64,000 bases of DNA from Candidatus Zixiibacteriota bacterium (lineage in GTDB: Bacteria; Zixibacteria; MSB-5A5; UBA10806; 4484-95). Within the stretch, counting starts at the first letter, position 1. The number at the start of each line of letters is the position of its first letter. The stretch covers positions 15,873 through 79,872 of the forward strand of contig JAOZPT010000002.1 of NCBI GenBank assembly GCA_029932605.1, written 5' to 3'. The notes below the pieces were generated by a model. That model was not told where the DNA came from, made no database searches, and saw nothing but the letters and a program-made list of their open reading frames with translations. The translations under genes and the position numbers were made by a program. This document shows, piece by piece, positions 20,116 through 30,279 of this stretch.

Positions 20116-23100
20116 CTATTTAATCAAAGCTACTTTTACAATTACATTTTTCTTTATGTCCGGAGAGCTGGCTTCCAGCCTGGCAAAATACACACCTGAA
20201 GCAAATTCCGAGCAATCCCAAGAGACTTCGTTTACTCCCCCTCGAGGAGACGAGCCTTTCAGTTCATCTACCAGTTCACCCGACATATCGAATATCTTAA
20301 TATTCACCTCGGCTTGGCGATCGACATAATATCTAAAACAAGTCATATCAGTAGCGGGATTAGGATAATTGTAAACCTCGGCCTCAGGTAAAAAACCCTC
20401 AGCAATCGATATATCCTTATCAAAAGCAGGCGATAGATAACATCTATGGCCGATACCGCCACCAGCCATGGGCCAGGGAAGGTTAATGCTGTCAGTTGAG
20501 GTTTCAAGATCCCAGACAGAGACGAATCCAGCGCTGTCCATTGCTGCCACCTCGATATCGCCATCAGCGTCAATGTCACTTACTATCGGCGCCATCGTAA
20601 TCCTTGTTGAGGTTGGCAGAGGAAACCCACCAAGCATATCGCCATGATAATTGTAACACGCCAACCCGCCATCCGGAAGGCAAACAAGTATATCGGGGTT
20701 GTTGTCGGCATCAACATCCGCTATCACTGTTTCCACTTTTTGCATTGCCCAAGACCAACTTTGGGGTAAACGAACAGGGAAACCATCAAATAATACCTCC
20801 AGATTATTATATACATACACACAGTCATTACCGCCGGTAAAAATTATCTCAGGATAGCCATCGGAATTAATGTCAGCCAATGATGGTGGGCCCGGGCTTT
20901 CTATATTTATCGTTTTAATCGTCCCCCTCTGGCCATTATAAATACATAGATAATCGCCCACCGTAACGACGGCATCATCGAAGCCATCACGGTCGATATC
21001 ACCACAGACGATACCGATAACATGGCCATCCGGTAAGCTTATAGTATGTTGCTGGTCTGCATCGTTCTCACCGTGGTTACGAACATAAAGATTGAAATTA
21101 TCGGAACTGCCATAAACAACAAAGGTCATTTCATCAGATATGGCAATATCTATGGGGATATCATCGAGATCATCAATAAGAGTAACGTCAATAGTATCTA
21201 TATCTGAGATATCGATAAGGTGCAAAGAAGAATCATCGAACCCCACAATAAGCTCATCCTTATTGTCATTGTCGATATCATAAGCTACCGGACCAGCAGT
21301 GAGCGATGCTGACAACGTTTCAGATACCAATAAATCTGCCAAGGAATCAAGCGGTGTTCGATCGTATCCCTCAAATATATATAACTTGTTCAAAATATCA
21401 CAGCAGGCTACTTCCAAGGAATCATCACCATCAAAATCACCAGCTATAAGATTGCCTGTGATATTTGTATCTAATATGGCAAAAACCGGCAAGACATATA
21501 TTAGCGAATCGCCATCGAAACCGGGAATTAAAAGGCCGGAGCTGGTGTCCATAACCGGTGAACCATCGGGATTCACTGCTATTAGAAACTTTCCGACACC
21601 GGTTAATATTTCATTCTGGCCATCCGAATCGATATCCAAAACCAATAAGCCATCACAATTATCACCAAGATCGGGAAATCCCATTACCGGAAAACCATCC
21701 TGGTTCCAGCCGATTGAGATATCACAATACATAAGAGTGTCCGTTTCGGTAATACCGGTTATGGATATATGTGTATCAGCACCGAGATTGGAGCGAGTAT
21801 CAGGATTAGTTGAGGGGGTAAAATCGGTATTATTGCCGATTTTGAAAAAATCGTCATCAGTGCCATAACCGCTAAAATAGTTATAATCTCCCAAATCAAC
21901 TATACCATCTGCCTCCACCACTGAAACGAAACGCCTGTTTGGGTCCCATTGAAGGGTATTTTGCAGGAAGTTATTACCACCTTCTCCAACATAATCCATA
22001 TAAGCTACCGCTTCATCGACATGCCATATCAACACACCATCCCCGGGCAACAACCGGTCGTATTCGCCGGTCAGGACTTTATATAATTCGTTATTATCAT
22101 AATAAGCCCAACCTGGGCCAAGGATAACACCCGTTGTCGAATCGGCTATAATTGCATTAGGTATAGATGGATCATAATGAATATAATCGAAATCAGCATA
22201 TCTCTGACGATTTTCTATAAGGAAATATTCCATTTCGGAAATCGGCACTTTCACAATTTCATCGTCGTGATAGTATTGTTCAGCGGCTGAAATAACGACA
22301 TTCTGTCCATCAGCGATTTCCCTGACAGCAGAAAAGCCCAAATAAGCACGAGACCAGGCATCGGGATAAACGGGTAAGACACCTGTTACAAACGGGCCAT
22401 CGTCCTCGAAAATTATACTTACTGAAAGACCGTTGTTATCCATAAGAGAAAAATCCCCAACCGCAGTTTGAAAATTGTAGGTGTTATAGAGGTCAACAAG
22501 GCCAAGTTGATGCCCGAATTCATGAGCTAAAACAGCGTTTAACACACCAACCCGATTATCCTGGGACACAGTCTCCGGAACGATTAAACCATCGGGTATA
22601 TCCGTCCAGCCGGCACCATTTGAATCGACGCATACCGGTTCAGCCAACCTTATAAAACCTGTCCAGAGGTCAAATGGTGTGTCATTGATAAAGGCGATAT
22701 TGTTCTGCTGGTCGCTACCGGCATGAAATAAAATTACCGATTGATAGTCAGAGAAGTTTATTTCAGGAGCTAATGTATCCGCTAATTTTACAGCATCTTT
22801 AAAAAAGCGTTCAAGTCTAACTACGATACTATCCATTCCCCATGAGGTCTCAGATCCATAATAAGATATAGGATTAGGCAATCTAAAAGATAATGTTTCT
22901 TCCTGAGGATAAATATCCCATTCAAGGTTAAGTGTTTTATCAGAGACAAACCACCAGTAATTATGAAGAGCCTCCAGGTGTGATGAGAAATACGATGTGT
23001 TGTGAGGAGCCGGGTCAAAATCATGCCCTTCTTCCTCCACGAATTGGTCAAGTGAACGAAGGTCAAAGTTGCCGTTACCGGTGGTGGTTGGATCATCAGG

Positions 23101-23397
23101 GTCCTCTGTTTGGAATTCAATCTTTAAAGCAAGTATACGTATTGTATCAGCTTGGATTGCCAGAGTTATTGGTATGCCGTTTTTGCGTATAGCAGGACCA
23201 AACGGCGTTTCTCTCTCCAATCCCAGAAGGTTTCTTTGACAAATCATAGAGCGAAATTGAATTGTCCCGGGTGGAATATCATTTTGTTGATAGGTGATTA
23301 TTTTACCGCCTGCCTGCCGAGGTGTTAAAAGCTTATATTCCCCAGATCCTGCTGGAATGACCAACGAAATCAACAATATTAAAACAAACCAAACCAC
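20116..23397 (-). CDS. M6 (immune inhibitor A-like) metalloprotease with FG-GAP/VCBS repeats and T9SS type A sorting domain
   Basis: HEFGHQLGLVDLY zinc motif, FSLMD, EYFLIENR, GVLIWHVDE; DxDGDG repeats; YNYPNP...ASGVYF...K CTD. Confidence 0.88.
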   Translation of the reverse strand: MVWFVLILLISLVIPAGSGEYKLLTPRQAGGKIITYQQNDIPPGTIQFRSMICQRNLLGLERETPFGPAIRKNGIPITLAIQADTIRILALKIEFQTEDPDDPTTTGNGNFDLRSLDQFVEEEGHDFDPAPHNTSYFSSHLEALHNYWWFVSDKTLNLEWDIYPQEETLSFRLPNPISYYGSETSWGMDSIVVRLERFFKDAVKLADTLAPEINFSDYQSVILFHAGSDQQNNIAFINDTPFDLWTGFIRLAEPVCVDSNGAGWTDIPDGLIVPETVSQDNRVGVLNAVLAHEFGHQLGLVDLYNTYNFQTAVGDFSLMDNNGLSVSIIFEDDGPFVTGVLPVYPDAWSRAYLGFSAVREIADGQNVVISAAEQYYHDDEIVKVPISEMEYFLIENRQRYADFDYIHYDPSIPNAIIADSTTGVILGPGWAYYDNNELYKVLTGEYDRLLPGDGVLIWHVDEAVAYMDYVGEGGNNFLQNTLQWDPNRRFVSVVEADGIVDLGDYNYFSGYGTDDDFFKIGNNTDFTPSTNPDTRSNLGADTHISITGITETDTLMYCDISIGWNQDGFPVMGFPDLGDNCDGLLVLDIDSDGQNEILTGVGKFLIAVNPDGSPVMDTSSGLLIPGFDGDSLIYVLPVFAILDTNITGNLIAGDFDGDDSLEVACCDILNKLYIFEGYDRTPLDSLADLLVSETLSASLTAGPVAYDIDNDNKDELIVGFDDSSLHLIDISDIDTIDVTLIDDLDDIPIDIAISDEMTFVVYGSSDNFNLYVRNHGENDADQQHTISLPDGHVIGIVCGDIDRDGFDDAVVTVGDYLCIYNGQRGTIKTINIESPGPPSLADINSDGYPEIIFTGGNDCVYVYNNLEVLFDGFPVRLPQSWSWAMQKVETVIADVDADNNPDILVCLPDGGLACYNYHGDMLGGFPLPTSTRITMAPIVSDIDADGDIEVAAMDSAGFVSVWDLETSTDSINLPWPMAGGGIGHRCYLSPAFDKDISIAEGFLPEAEVYNYPNPATDMTCFRYYVDRQAEVNIKIFDMSGELVDELKGSSPRGGVNEVSWDCSEFASGVYFARLEASSPDIKKNVIVKVALIK

Positions 23398-23409
23398 TTA
23401 ATTTCCTTT

Positions 23410-25983
23410 TTAAAAACCTACATTCATAGAAAAACGCATTGTGTTACCCATACGGTTGTATCGTTCATCTGAGGCGGGAATATATGAAAAATCGAATCTA
23501 TAGTTTGTCCACTGCAGCGATGCACCAAGGGTTAAATATCTCTGTTCCCCTATCTCATCATAAATGTACCCGGCGCGCAACGAAACATAGTTTGAATACC
23601 AGTATTCAGCGCCAATATGAGGTATAATCTCTTTGATTTCCGTTTCGATGTCATCGTTGAGGTCAACTAATAGCTTATCAGCTTCCCCGATAAATGTAAG
23701 CTTGTTAAAAGGTGTATCAACAAGTTTGTAGGCGAAAGCTATTGCCAATTTAGTAGGCAACGGGTCGGCCTGGTCAGCGTCGATATAAGCGATATCGGGA
23801 CCAATATTAGTTATAGTTGATGCAAATGTCATTTTCCTATTCATACTATATAAGATGCCACCATCCACGGCAAAAGAAAAACCAACTCCCTTGCCTTTCT
23901 CCATGATAGCACCGACATCGGCAAGATGGGAATTTATATATCTTGCGGATAAGCCAGCAGACATATTTTTTGCCAATTTCGTTCCATAAGATAGTGTAAT
24001 GGCCAAATCGTAGGAGTTAAACTGGCCAATAACCGTGCCAACTTCATCAGTCCGATCCTGCCGACCATACGACATAAAGGTTATGCCCAAGCCAAAAGTC
24101 CCCCATTCACTGCTGGGATAGACGATGGAGAAGAAATCATAGTAAAGGTCTTTTGCAAGTTGAACCAAATAATTCGAATGCATGAAAGTAATCTGTCTTA
24201 CAGCATGAGCAAGAATATATACCTTGTCGTCCGTGGCAAACCACATCTCTCCCGATTCGGTTTTTATCGTATGGGTCGGGGTTTTAGCAAGCTCTGGCTT
24301 GGAGAATCTGCTCCAGAGGCCATCGTTATATTCAACCACACCATAGGCGGTGCCTATATAGGCTTTCTTTGAAGAATGTACAGCTATGGAAAGAATCGGA
24401 GCACCAAGAGCATTGGCATAAACCATGACACTCCGCCCCTGGTCTATCATTTCCCCTTCCTCAAGATTGTTGTATTCCCTGATTAGTCTGGCAAGATGTT
24501 GGACTTTTTCTGGGGAAATTCCGGGTAAAAACTCCTTGGCAATTTCCTCTGCAGAAATCATTTTTTCAGGTTTATATTCCTTATAGCCGAAGTGAAAGAA
24601 TGTTTTACCGTTAAAAAAGATAACTCCCTTTTGGGTTCCTATCCAAACATTTTTATCTTTGGCTGCCAGTGAAAGAATTTTACCTTTAAAAGCCAATCTG
24701 AAGGGGAGTTTAATCTTCTGACCAACCGTTAAATCCCCTTGAATACCGTTAAAACTCATTATCTCGCTTTTAATACCCTCTAAATCAATTACAGCCATTG
24801 CCCGATAGAAAATATTTATGATGTTATCGATATCCTCGCCAACCGTGACCTCATGCTCAACATAGTTCCGCCACTCATGGCCATCATAGTAGAAAAGGTC
24901 ATTTTCATAAGCTGCCCAGATGTTGCGATCATTGGTTGCTGCAATATTAGTAATGTAACCCGATGGAGGATTTTGCTTGGAAGAATATTTTTTGATCTTG
25001 ACCCCGTTAAAGTAAACAACCCCTTTAGCGGTGCCAATAACAATGCTTTTCCTTCCTATCCGGCCCAAAGCCGTGATCTTTAAGGAAGGCAAACTATCCT
25101 CTAAACCATACGATTTCCATCTATTCCGCCTGGGATCAAAACGATAGAAACCGTTATCGGTACCGGTATACAACATACCGCCATGAGATTCCAAACAATT
25201 AATTTTTGAACCTAAGATCAAGTCGTAAGGTATCTCGATTTTATTTATTGACCTTTTCCTGATCGCCTGGTCAAAACCAAAAGCAATCTTGTCAAGCTCC
25301 AAATTTGTCATAAGGCTATCGGTTAACCCTTCACGTATTATCTTCTCAAGCGCATTAAAACCATCCCTATCTATCTTAAGATCATTCCAGGCGTTTCTAA
25401 GCTTATCAAAACCAAAAGATATTTCCTCTGAATACTGGTAATCATCGGGGATAAATGGTTGAAGTATTTGTTGAAGAGTGTCTATTTTTTCGATCGGGAT
25501 GTCGTTGTTCAATCTGGTAAGTTTGTCATAATAGTTTTTAATCTGCTCCTCTTCCAACCCTGTATAGCGAAGCAGTATATTTTTTATCGTTTTCCCTTCC
25601 TCTAACGTATGAGTAGTTCCCCTTTTCCATGACTCTCCATTCCATCGTGATATATGTCCATTAATGATAGCCCAGACATCATACTGGCGGTAGTTAACCT
25701 CAGGAATATCGTTTTTAACGAGAGCGATATTCTCAATTTTTTCTCCCTTATCGGTGCGAATCTCAATCCAGCTTGGTGATAAAGGATACCTGCCCAAACC
25801 AGCAGGATTCCAGTGGGTTGCTGTGGCATCATCCGAAATAGCGACAAACGTTTCCCCCATACCGCCGGCTCTGGCTCCGGGAGCAATAAGCAGAAACGGC
25901 ACCGCGGTTTGAGAAACCTGGCCAAAGACACTTATAACTAATATTGCTATCATTATTGGTACCCATGCCAGCACCTTTTTCAT
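23410..25983 (-). CDS. porV: PorV-family outer membrane protein with a ~530 aa internal insertion (propeller blades and LysM-like modules)
   Basis: N-terminal TAVPFLLIAPGARAGGMGE...WNPAGL; C-terminal barrel with NIGPDIAY..QADPLPTKL, GAEYWY, DFSY, NTMRFS; SD GGAGGA. Confidence 0.8.
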   Translation of the reverse strand: MKKVLAWVPIMIAILVISVFGQVSQTAVPFLLIAPGARAGGMGETFVAISDDATATHWNPAGLGRYPLSPSWIEIRTDKGEKIENIALVKNDIPEVNYRQYDVWAIINGHISRWNGESWKRGTTHTLEEGKTIKNILLRYTGLEEEQIKNYYDKLTRLNNDIPIEKIDTLQQILQPFIPDDYQYSEEISFGFDKLRNAWNDLKIDRDGFNALEKIIREGLTDSLMTNLELDKIAFGFDQAIRKRSINKIEIPYDLILGSKINCLESHGGMLYTGTDNGFYRFDPRRNRWKSYGLEDSLPSLKITALGRIGRKSIVIGTAKGVVYFNGVKIKKYSSKQNPPSGYITNIAATNDRNIWAAYENDLFYYDGHEWRNYVEHEVTVGEDIDNIINIFYRAMAVIDLEGIKSEIMSFNGIQGDLTVGQKIKLPFRLAFKGKILSLAAKDKNVWIGTQKGVIFFNGKTFFHFGYKEYKPEKMISAEEIAKEFLPGISPEKVQHLARLIREYNNLEEGEMIDQGRSVMVYANALGAPILSIAVHSSKKAYIGTAYGVVEYNDGLWSRFSKPELAKTPTHTIKTESGEMWFATDDKVYILAHAVRQITFMHSNYLVQLAKDLYYDFFSIVYPSSEWGTFGLGITFMSYGRQDRTDEVGTVIGQFNSYDLAITLSYGTKLAKNMSAGLSARYINSHLADVGAIMEKGKGVGFSFAVDGGILYSMNRKMTFASTITNIGPDIAYIDADQADPLPTKLAIAFAYKLVDTPFNKLTFIGEADKLLVDLNDDIETEIKEIIPHIGAEYWYSNYVSLRAGYIYDEIGEQRYLTLGASLQWTNYRFDFSYIPASDERYNRMGNTMRFSMNVGF

Positions 25984-26127
25984 ATTATCCTCCAAAGCTA
26001 ATTAACCACTTCATTAATTTATCGTCAACAAAATGCTCGTTAAAAGCTTAAAACCTGTATCTTCTTTTTACAACCTTGCTCAAGCCAATATTGTCAATTT
26101 AATATTTTAAATCAACCCTTTTAACCA

Positions 26128-29100
26128 CTAACGCAAAATCACTAATTTCGACTGAAAACTCGACTTCCTGCGAACGCCATCAACACCTGTACCGATTGCC
26201 TCAATTTTATAGATATAAACTCCGCTGGCAAGTTTATCACCATCATCATCCCTAAGATAGTAAGGAACATATTTGTATCCCCCGGTGGTGTATGTCGTTC
26301 CGGTCAAATCGAAACTTTTAACTTTCCTTCCCGATAAGGAAAATATCTTAAGCGATACTTTTTCGGCGGAACCGGTCAGCATATATTGAAAAACGGTCGA
26401 GTCAGCTCTGACAACAGGGTTGGGATAGTTCATCACTCTCTGTATAGAGAAATACTCATCCTGGTATACCCGGATAACTGCTGTAAACAGGGAGGAGTTA
26501 TTGTAATTGTCCCAGGCTTTTAATGAAATTTGATGTTCGCCCTCAGGGATATCCGATATCTCAAAAGTTGCCGAGCCCTGTTGCCAATCCCCCTTATCGA
26601 ATATGAAATTATTTGTGATATCCTCTGAATAAATATCACCATCATCCAATTTCACCACAATTCCATGCCCCATTGAACCGGTCATATTGATACCATGGAG
26701 GTCAAATAAACGGGTTTCAAACACGGCATTAGCAGAGACAGCGGTTAGACCACTGTTCAACATCTTACCGTTATATAAAATCTCTATGGTTGGACCGATA
26801 GAATCGGCCTCGGCAGAAATCCCGCCAGCGATTGATATCGAATCTACAACCCCCGAACCATCTACAAAACCGTTCTCGAAATAAACATAAATTCTGGCTC
26901 TGCTTCCGCCATAGGTGATATCCTTGGGTATAAAAAACGATGTCGAGAACTGGCCATTGCTGACCTCGGCTGGACCGTTGAAAATAGTTGGCCCGGGAAG
27001 AATGTAATCAACATATATCGGCGGATATAAGGGAACACCGGCGTAATTAGTCAAGGCTTTATGCCTGTTAATTAAAGCATCTTTGACAAGCACCCAGACA
27101 GTGCCGTTGAAATCTGACATAAACAAACTATCCTGATAGATCTCGCCGGATATAGAATCAATTGTTAAACCCCTTAAGGAATCCGGCCTGTAGGTAAAAT
27201 GCGCTTCAAGCGAGGGTTTTCCAGCAATCAATGCCGGATCGCTAAAAATTACATATCCCCTATCGTTGTCAATACTGCCTCTGAGAAACTTTGCTATATA
27301 AAGTGCCCCACCAAAAGATGTTGAATCACCGAACAACAGTTGATCAAATATCTCCCTATTTAAAGCGGAGTTTTGTCCAGCATTGACCGGCCTTGTGGCT
27401 CCGATAGAGGCGATAGCCCCGCCGTTGGGGTAACGAATAAAATCCTCGGACATCCCCTGTTCATTGGGGTCATCGAAAAACCCGACCGAACATGAAGCGG
27501 CTAATATCATAGGCAGTTTATCATGATTGTGAAGGAGTGGTATATCTTCAATCCTTCTAAATAAAATCTCATGAGCCCACAATCCTTTGTTGCCATGACC
27601 GATCCAGTTGACTATCAGTCCACCATTATTAATAGCACTAATAAGAGCCTCTCTGGCATCAGGTTTTGTCCTGCCGGCGCGAATTGGATACTCCAGCATA
27701 TAAATTTTTTGCACCTCGATATTTTTGGGCACATGTAATTCAGCTAAAGCTTCGGCTTGATTTGTATGGAACGCCTCTCTCATACCATCACCAAAATTGT
27801 CATCAGCGGCGATGATGATGTTATTGCGCCACTTTCCTATAGTCGGATTGGATTCATAGTTGATAATTTTCTCGACAACAATATCCATCTGGTCAGTACT
27901 GTTCACCGGTATGCGACCAATTATCATATCTATACTGCCGGAATCATCATAGTCCAAATCACCAAACTGACCAAAATAGATATAATTATCATCGGAAGCT
28001 GAGGCTGTTGTACTGTTGGGTTTGGGGGCTTCAAACGGTGGTATGAACATTCCCCCGCTTGAGCCAAGATTGTTTCGGTAATCGAAATGCCCATCACCTA
28101 CCAGCATTACATACCCCGGTGGTGCACCGCTCCAGTTTTCATAGGCGTATTTCAAGAAATCTCTTATGGCCATCGGATCAAACAAACCCCAGCTAAACTG
28201 ATTATATATATCTTCAATATCCACCACCATAGCGGTTATACCAGGAGAAACACTTTCCCTATGAGCAGCCAGCTCCAGCGACTGCTGATAGAATTGCCCA
28301 TGGGTGATGATTATGTAATCAGCCCTGTTCGAGGCCGATTTCAGATCAACAGGTTCATAAAGGTCAAAACTGCTGACCGTCTTATAACGTGATGAATTAG
28401 CAAGATAATACAAACGCCTCAAGTAGTTATAATGTTGAAATCTCAATTCAGAACCAGATAATTCAGCATTGACAATCAGGCAGACACTGTCAGGATATGA
28501 GATATCAAGAAGTATGTAATCCGAAGGAACATTGGTTAACCTGTATTCTATCAAACCCGGAGAATCAGGGCTTGAAAACATAAGTTTATTGTCTAATACA
28601 TACAGTAAACGGTTGTAGTGAACATCGATATAATCAAGGTAAAATTTGGCAGTATCAGTAACCGATATTATATTAAAACCACTCCTAAAATTTGTAGAAT
28701 TATAAAGAAAGATACCATTGTAACTCGATATCAATCCAGCCTCGACATTATTTACCAAAAGATTTTTCATTCCTCCACTTGCTTTAACTACAACCAGCGC
28801 TTCACTGCCAGTCACAACATCGAACAGTTGAACATTCGATGTGAAAGTCGTATCCCAACCCCAGTACCATTCGAAATAATTATAGTAATCAGTGCTTGTA
28901 CCCTTTTGATAAAATTTAACTTCCCTTTCTTCATGTATAAAGTCGTCAAAACTTGTCACAGCATAATCGTACGGTTCCTGAGGCGAACCATCAACTTCAG
29001 CCCATCTTTTAGGAGAAGAGGCAAAAGAACCGTTATATGTTAACCAGTAGACGTTCTTCGAGGTATAATGGTTATGCCGAAAAACAAACCTACTATCATC

Positions 29101-30096
29101 AGGGCTGTATTCGAACCTGTCGGTAGCTTCGGCATAAAACAGTATCTGGTCTCCACCGTCAAATTCGCCATCATCCTCCCCTATTACATGAATTGGTATC
29201 TCGTACAGTTGGGGTCTTGGTTCATCGTTGTCAAACGGTAACTCGGCTCCCCCCCCGTAAAATATTCTTATCTGTCGGGGGTCAACCTCATCGATCTCAA
29301 CTCCAGCAGTTGAGAGTTCATAACGACCGATTTTATAAACTCCAGCATCGGTCACCTCAAGTTTTACCCAAACCAACGATGAATCGAAAACAGATTGACT
29401 TATCTGGGTTTTTGAGGGAATCGGTGGCCAATAGATACGCCAGTTTTTAGCTATATCATAATTGGCTATTATCCGAGGAAGAATGTTTTCGAATACCTGA
29501 CCAACTGGCCGCGGAGGATAATAACCACCTTTTTTCGCGCTGTTAAAATCAACCCTTACCGTTATGGTTTCACCTTTATATAACATTCCATTTTCTATCT
29601 TAGCTGCCGCTATTCCGATTTTTATGACTCTTAAACCGCGTAACATCTCTTCTCCGAAGATAAAGGCGGTATGTAAAGGCCAGTTTTTCTCAGATGTGAT
29701 CCGGTTAGAGGCCCTGGATGAATAATCCTGCGAAGGTAATTCAACATCAAAATTGGGAACATCCGATTTTCCAATGTTATTGTAATGTTGGCTTAAGACT
29801 GTTACTGTTGGCTTAGAATCATAGGGAACACCTATCGGAATAAACTTTAAAGGCAAAAGAGGTTGACCCTGACAACGATTTTGTGCAGTCCGGGATATCT
29901 GTGGATATTTGAAATTTTCAGGATAACCGTTAATACTGGTCAGAACGACATCGGGAACAAAATATGTAAACGTAATTCCATTTTCATCAGAAACCAATAT
30001 CTTTACGTCACTATCAAATATCTTTTCAGCTTGAGCAAAATTAAAGAATACAATTAATAAAAAAGTGGTAATTATCGCATTTAAGGCGAGCCTCAT
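26128..30096 (-). CDS. porU: Type IX secretion system sortase PorU (peptidase C25)
   Basis: C25 propeptide; DYIIIT, IRDFLKYAY, SDDNY, IGRIP, NWIGHG (His), ASCSVG (Cys), KAWDNYNNS, C-terminal NYPNP...LASGVYIY. Confidence 0.9.
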   Translation of the reverse strand: MRLALNAIITTFLLIVFFNFAQAEKIFDSDVKILVSDENGITFTYFVPDVVLTSINGYPENFKYPQISRTAQNRCQGQPLLPLKFIPIGVPYDSKPTVTVLSQHYNNIGKSDVPNFDVELPSQDYSSRASNRITSEKNWPLHTAFIFGEEMLRGLRVIKIGIAAAKIENGMLYKGETITVRVDFNSAKKGGYYPPRPVGQVFENILPRIIANYDIAKNWRIYWPPIPSKTQISQSVFDSSLVWVKLEVTDAGVYKIGRYELSTAGVEIDEVDPRQIRIFYGGGAELPFDNDEPRPQLYEIPIHVIGEDDGEFDGGDQILFYAEATDRFEYSPDDSRFVFRHNHYTSKNVYWLTYNGSFASSPKRWAEVDGSPQEPYDYAVTSFDDFIHEEREVKFYQKGTSTDYYNYFEWYWGWDTTFTSNVQLFDVVTGSEALVVVKASGGMKNLLVNNVEAGLISSYNGIFLYNSTNFRSGFNIISVTDTAKFYLDYIDVHYNRLLYVLDNKLMFSSPDSPGLIEYRLTNVPSDYILLDISYPDSVCLIVNAELSGSELRFQHYNYLRRLYYLANSSRYKTVSSFDLYEPVDLKSASNRADYIIITHGQFYQQSLELAAHRESVSPGITAMVVDIEDIYNQFSWGLFDPMAIRDFLKYAYENWSGAPPGYVMLVGDGHFDYRNNLGSSGGMFIPPFEAPKPNSTTASASDDNYIYFGQFGDLDYDDSGSIDMIIGRIPVNSTDQMDIVVEKIINYESNPTIGKWRNNIIIAADDNFGDGMREAFHTNQAEALAELHVPKNIEVQKIYMLEYPIRAGRTKPDAREALISAINNGGLIVNWIGHGNKGLWAHEILFRRIEDIPLLHNHDKLPMILAASCSVGFFDDPNEQGMSEDFIRYPNGGAIASIGATRPVNAGQNSALNREIFDQLLFGDSTSFGGALYIAKFLRGSIDNDRGYVIFSDPALIAGKPSLEAHFTYRPDSLRGLTIDSISGEIYQDSLFMSDFNGTVWVLVKDALINRHKALTNYAGVPLYPPIYVDYILPGPTIFNGPAEVSNGQFSTSFFIPKDITYGGSRARIYVYFENGFVDGSGVVDSISIAGGISAEADSIGPTIEILYNGKMLNSGLTAVSANAVFETRLFDLHGINMTGSMGHGIVVKLDDGDIYSEDITNNFIFDKGDWQQGSATFEISDIPEGEHQISLKAWDNYNNSSLFTAVIRVYQDEYFSIQRVMNYPNPVVRADSTVFQYMLTGSAEKVSLKIFSLSGRKVKSFDLTGTTYTTGGYKYVPYYLRDDDGDKLASGVYIYKIEAIGTGVDGVRRKSSFQSKLVILR

Positions 30097-30279
30097 CAAC
30101 TCCTCCTGTTCAGCCCGGAAATAACCGTATAAACCCGGACAATTTTATCTGGCCCAAAGGGCACTCCTCCTCAATTATTAATTCGGCACATCTGCCATAA
30201 ACCCTTTAGCCAGTTGCGATAAAAAACCTTCCTTTTAATGAATAATAAATGGTTTAAATTTAAAGTCAAGTTTTTTTGC

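Noticed and set aside
21299..21868. 189 aa Ser/Pro-rich plus-strand ORF
   Set aside because: Antisense mirror of the Asp/Gly-rich FG-GAP repeats
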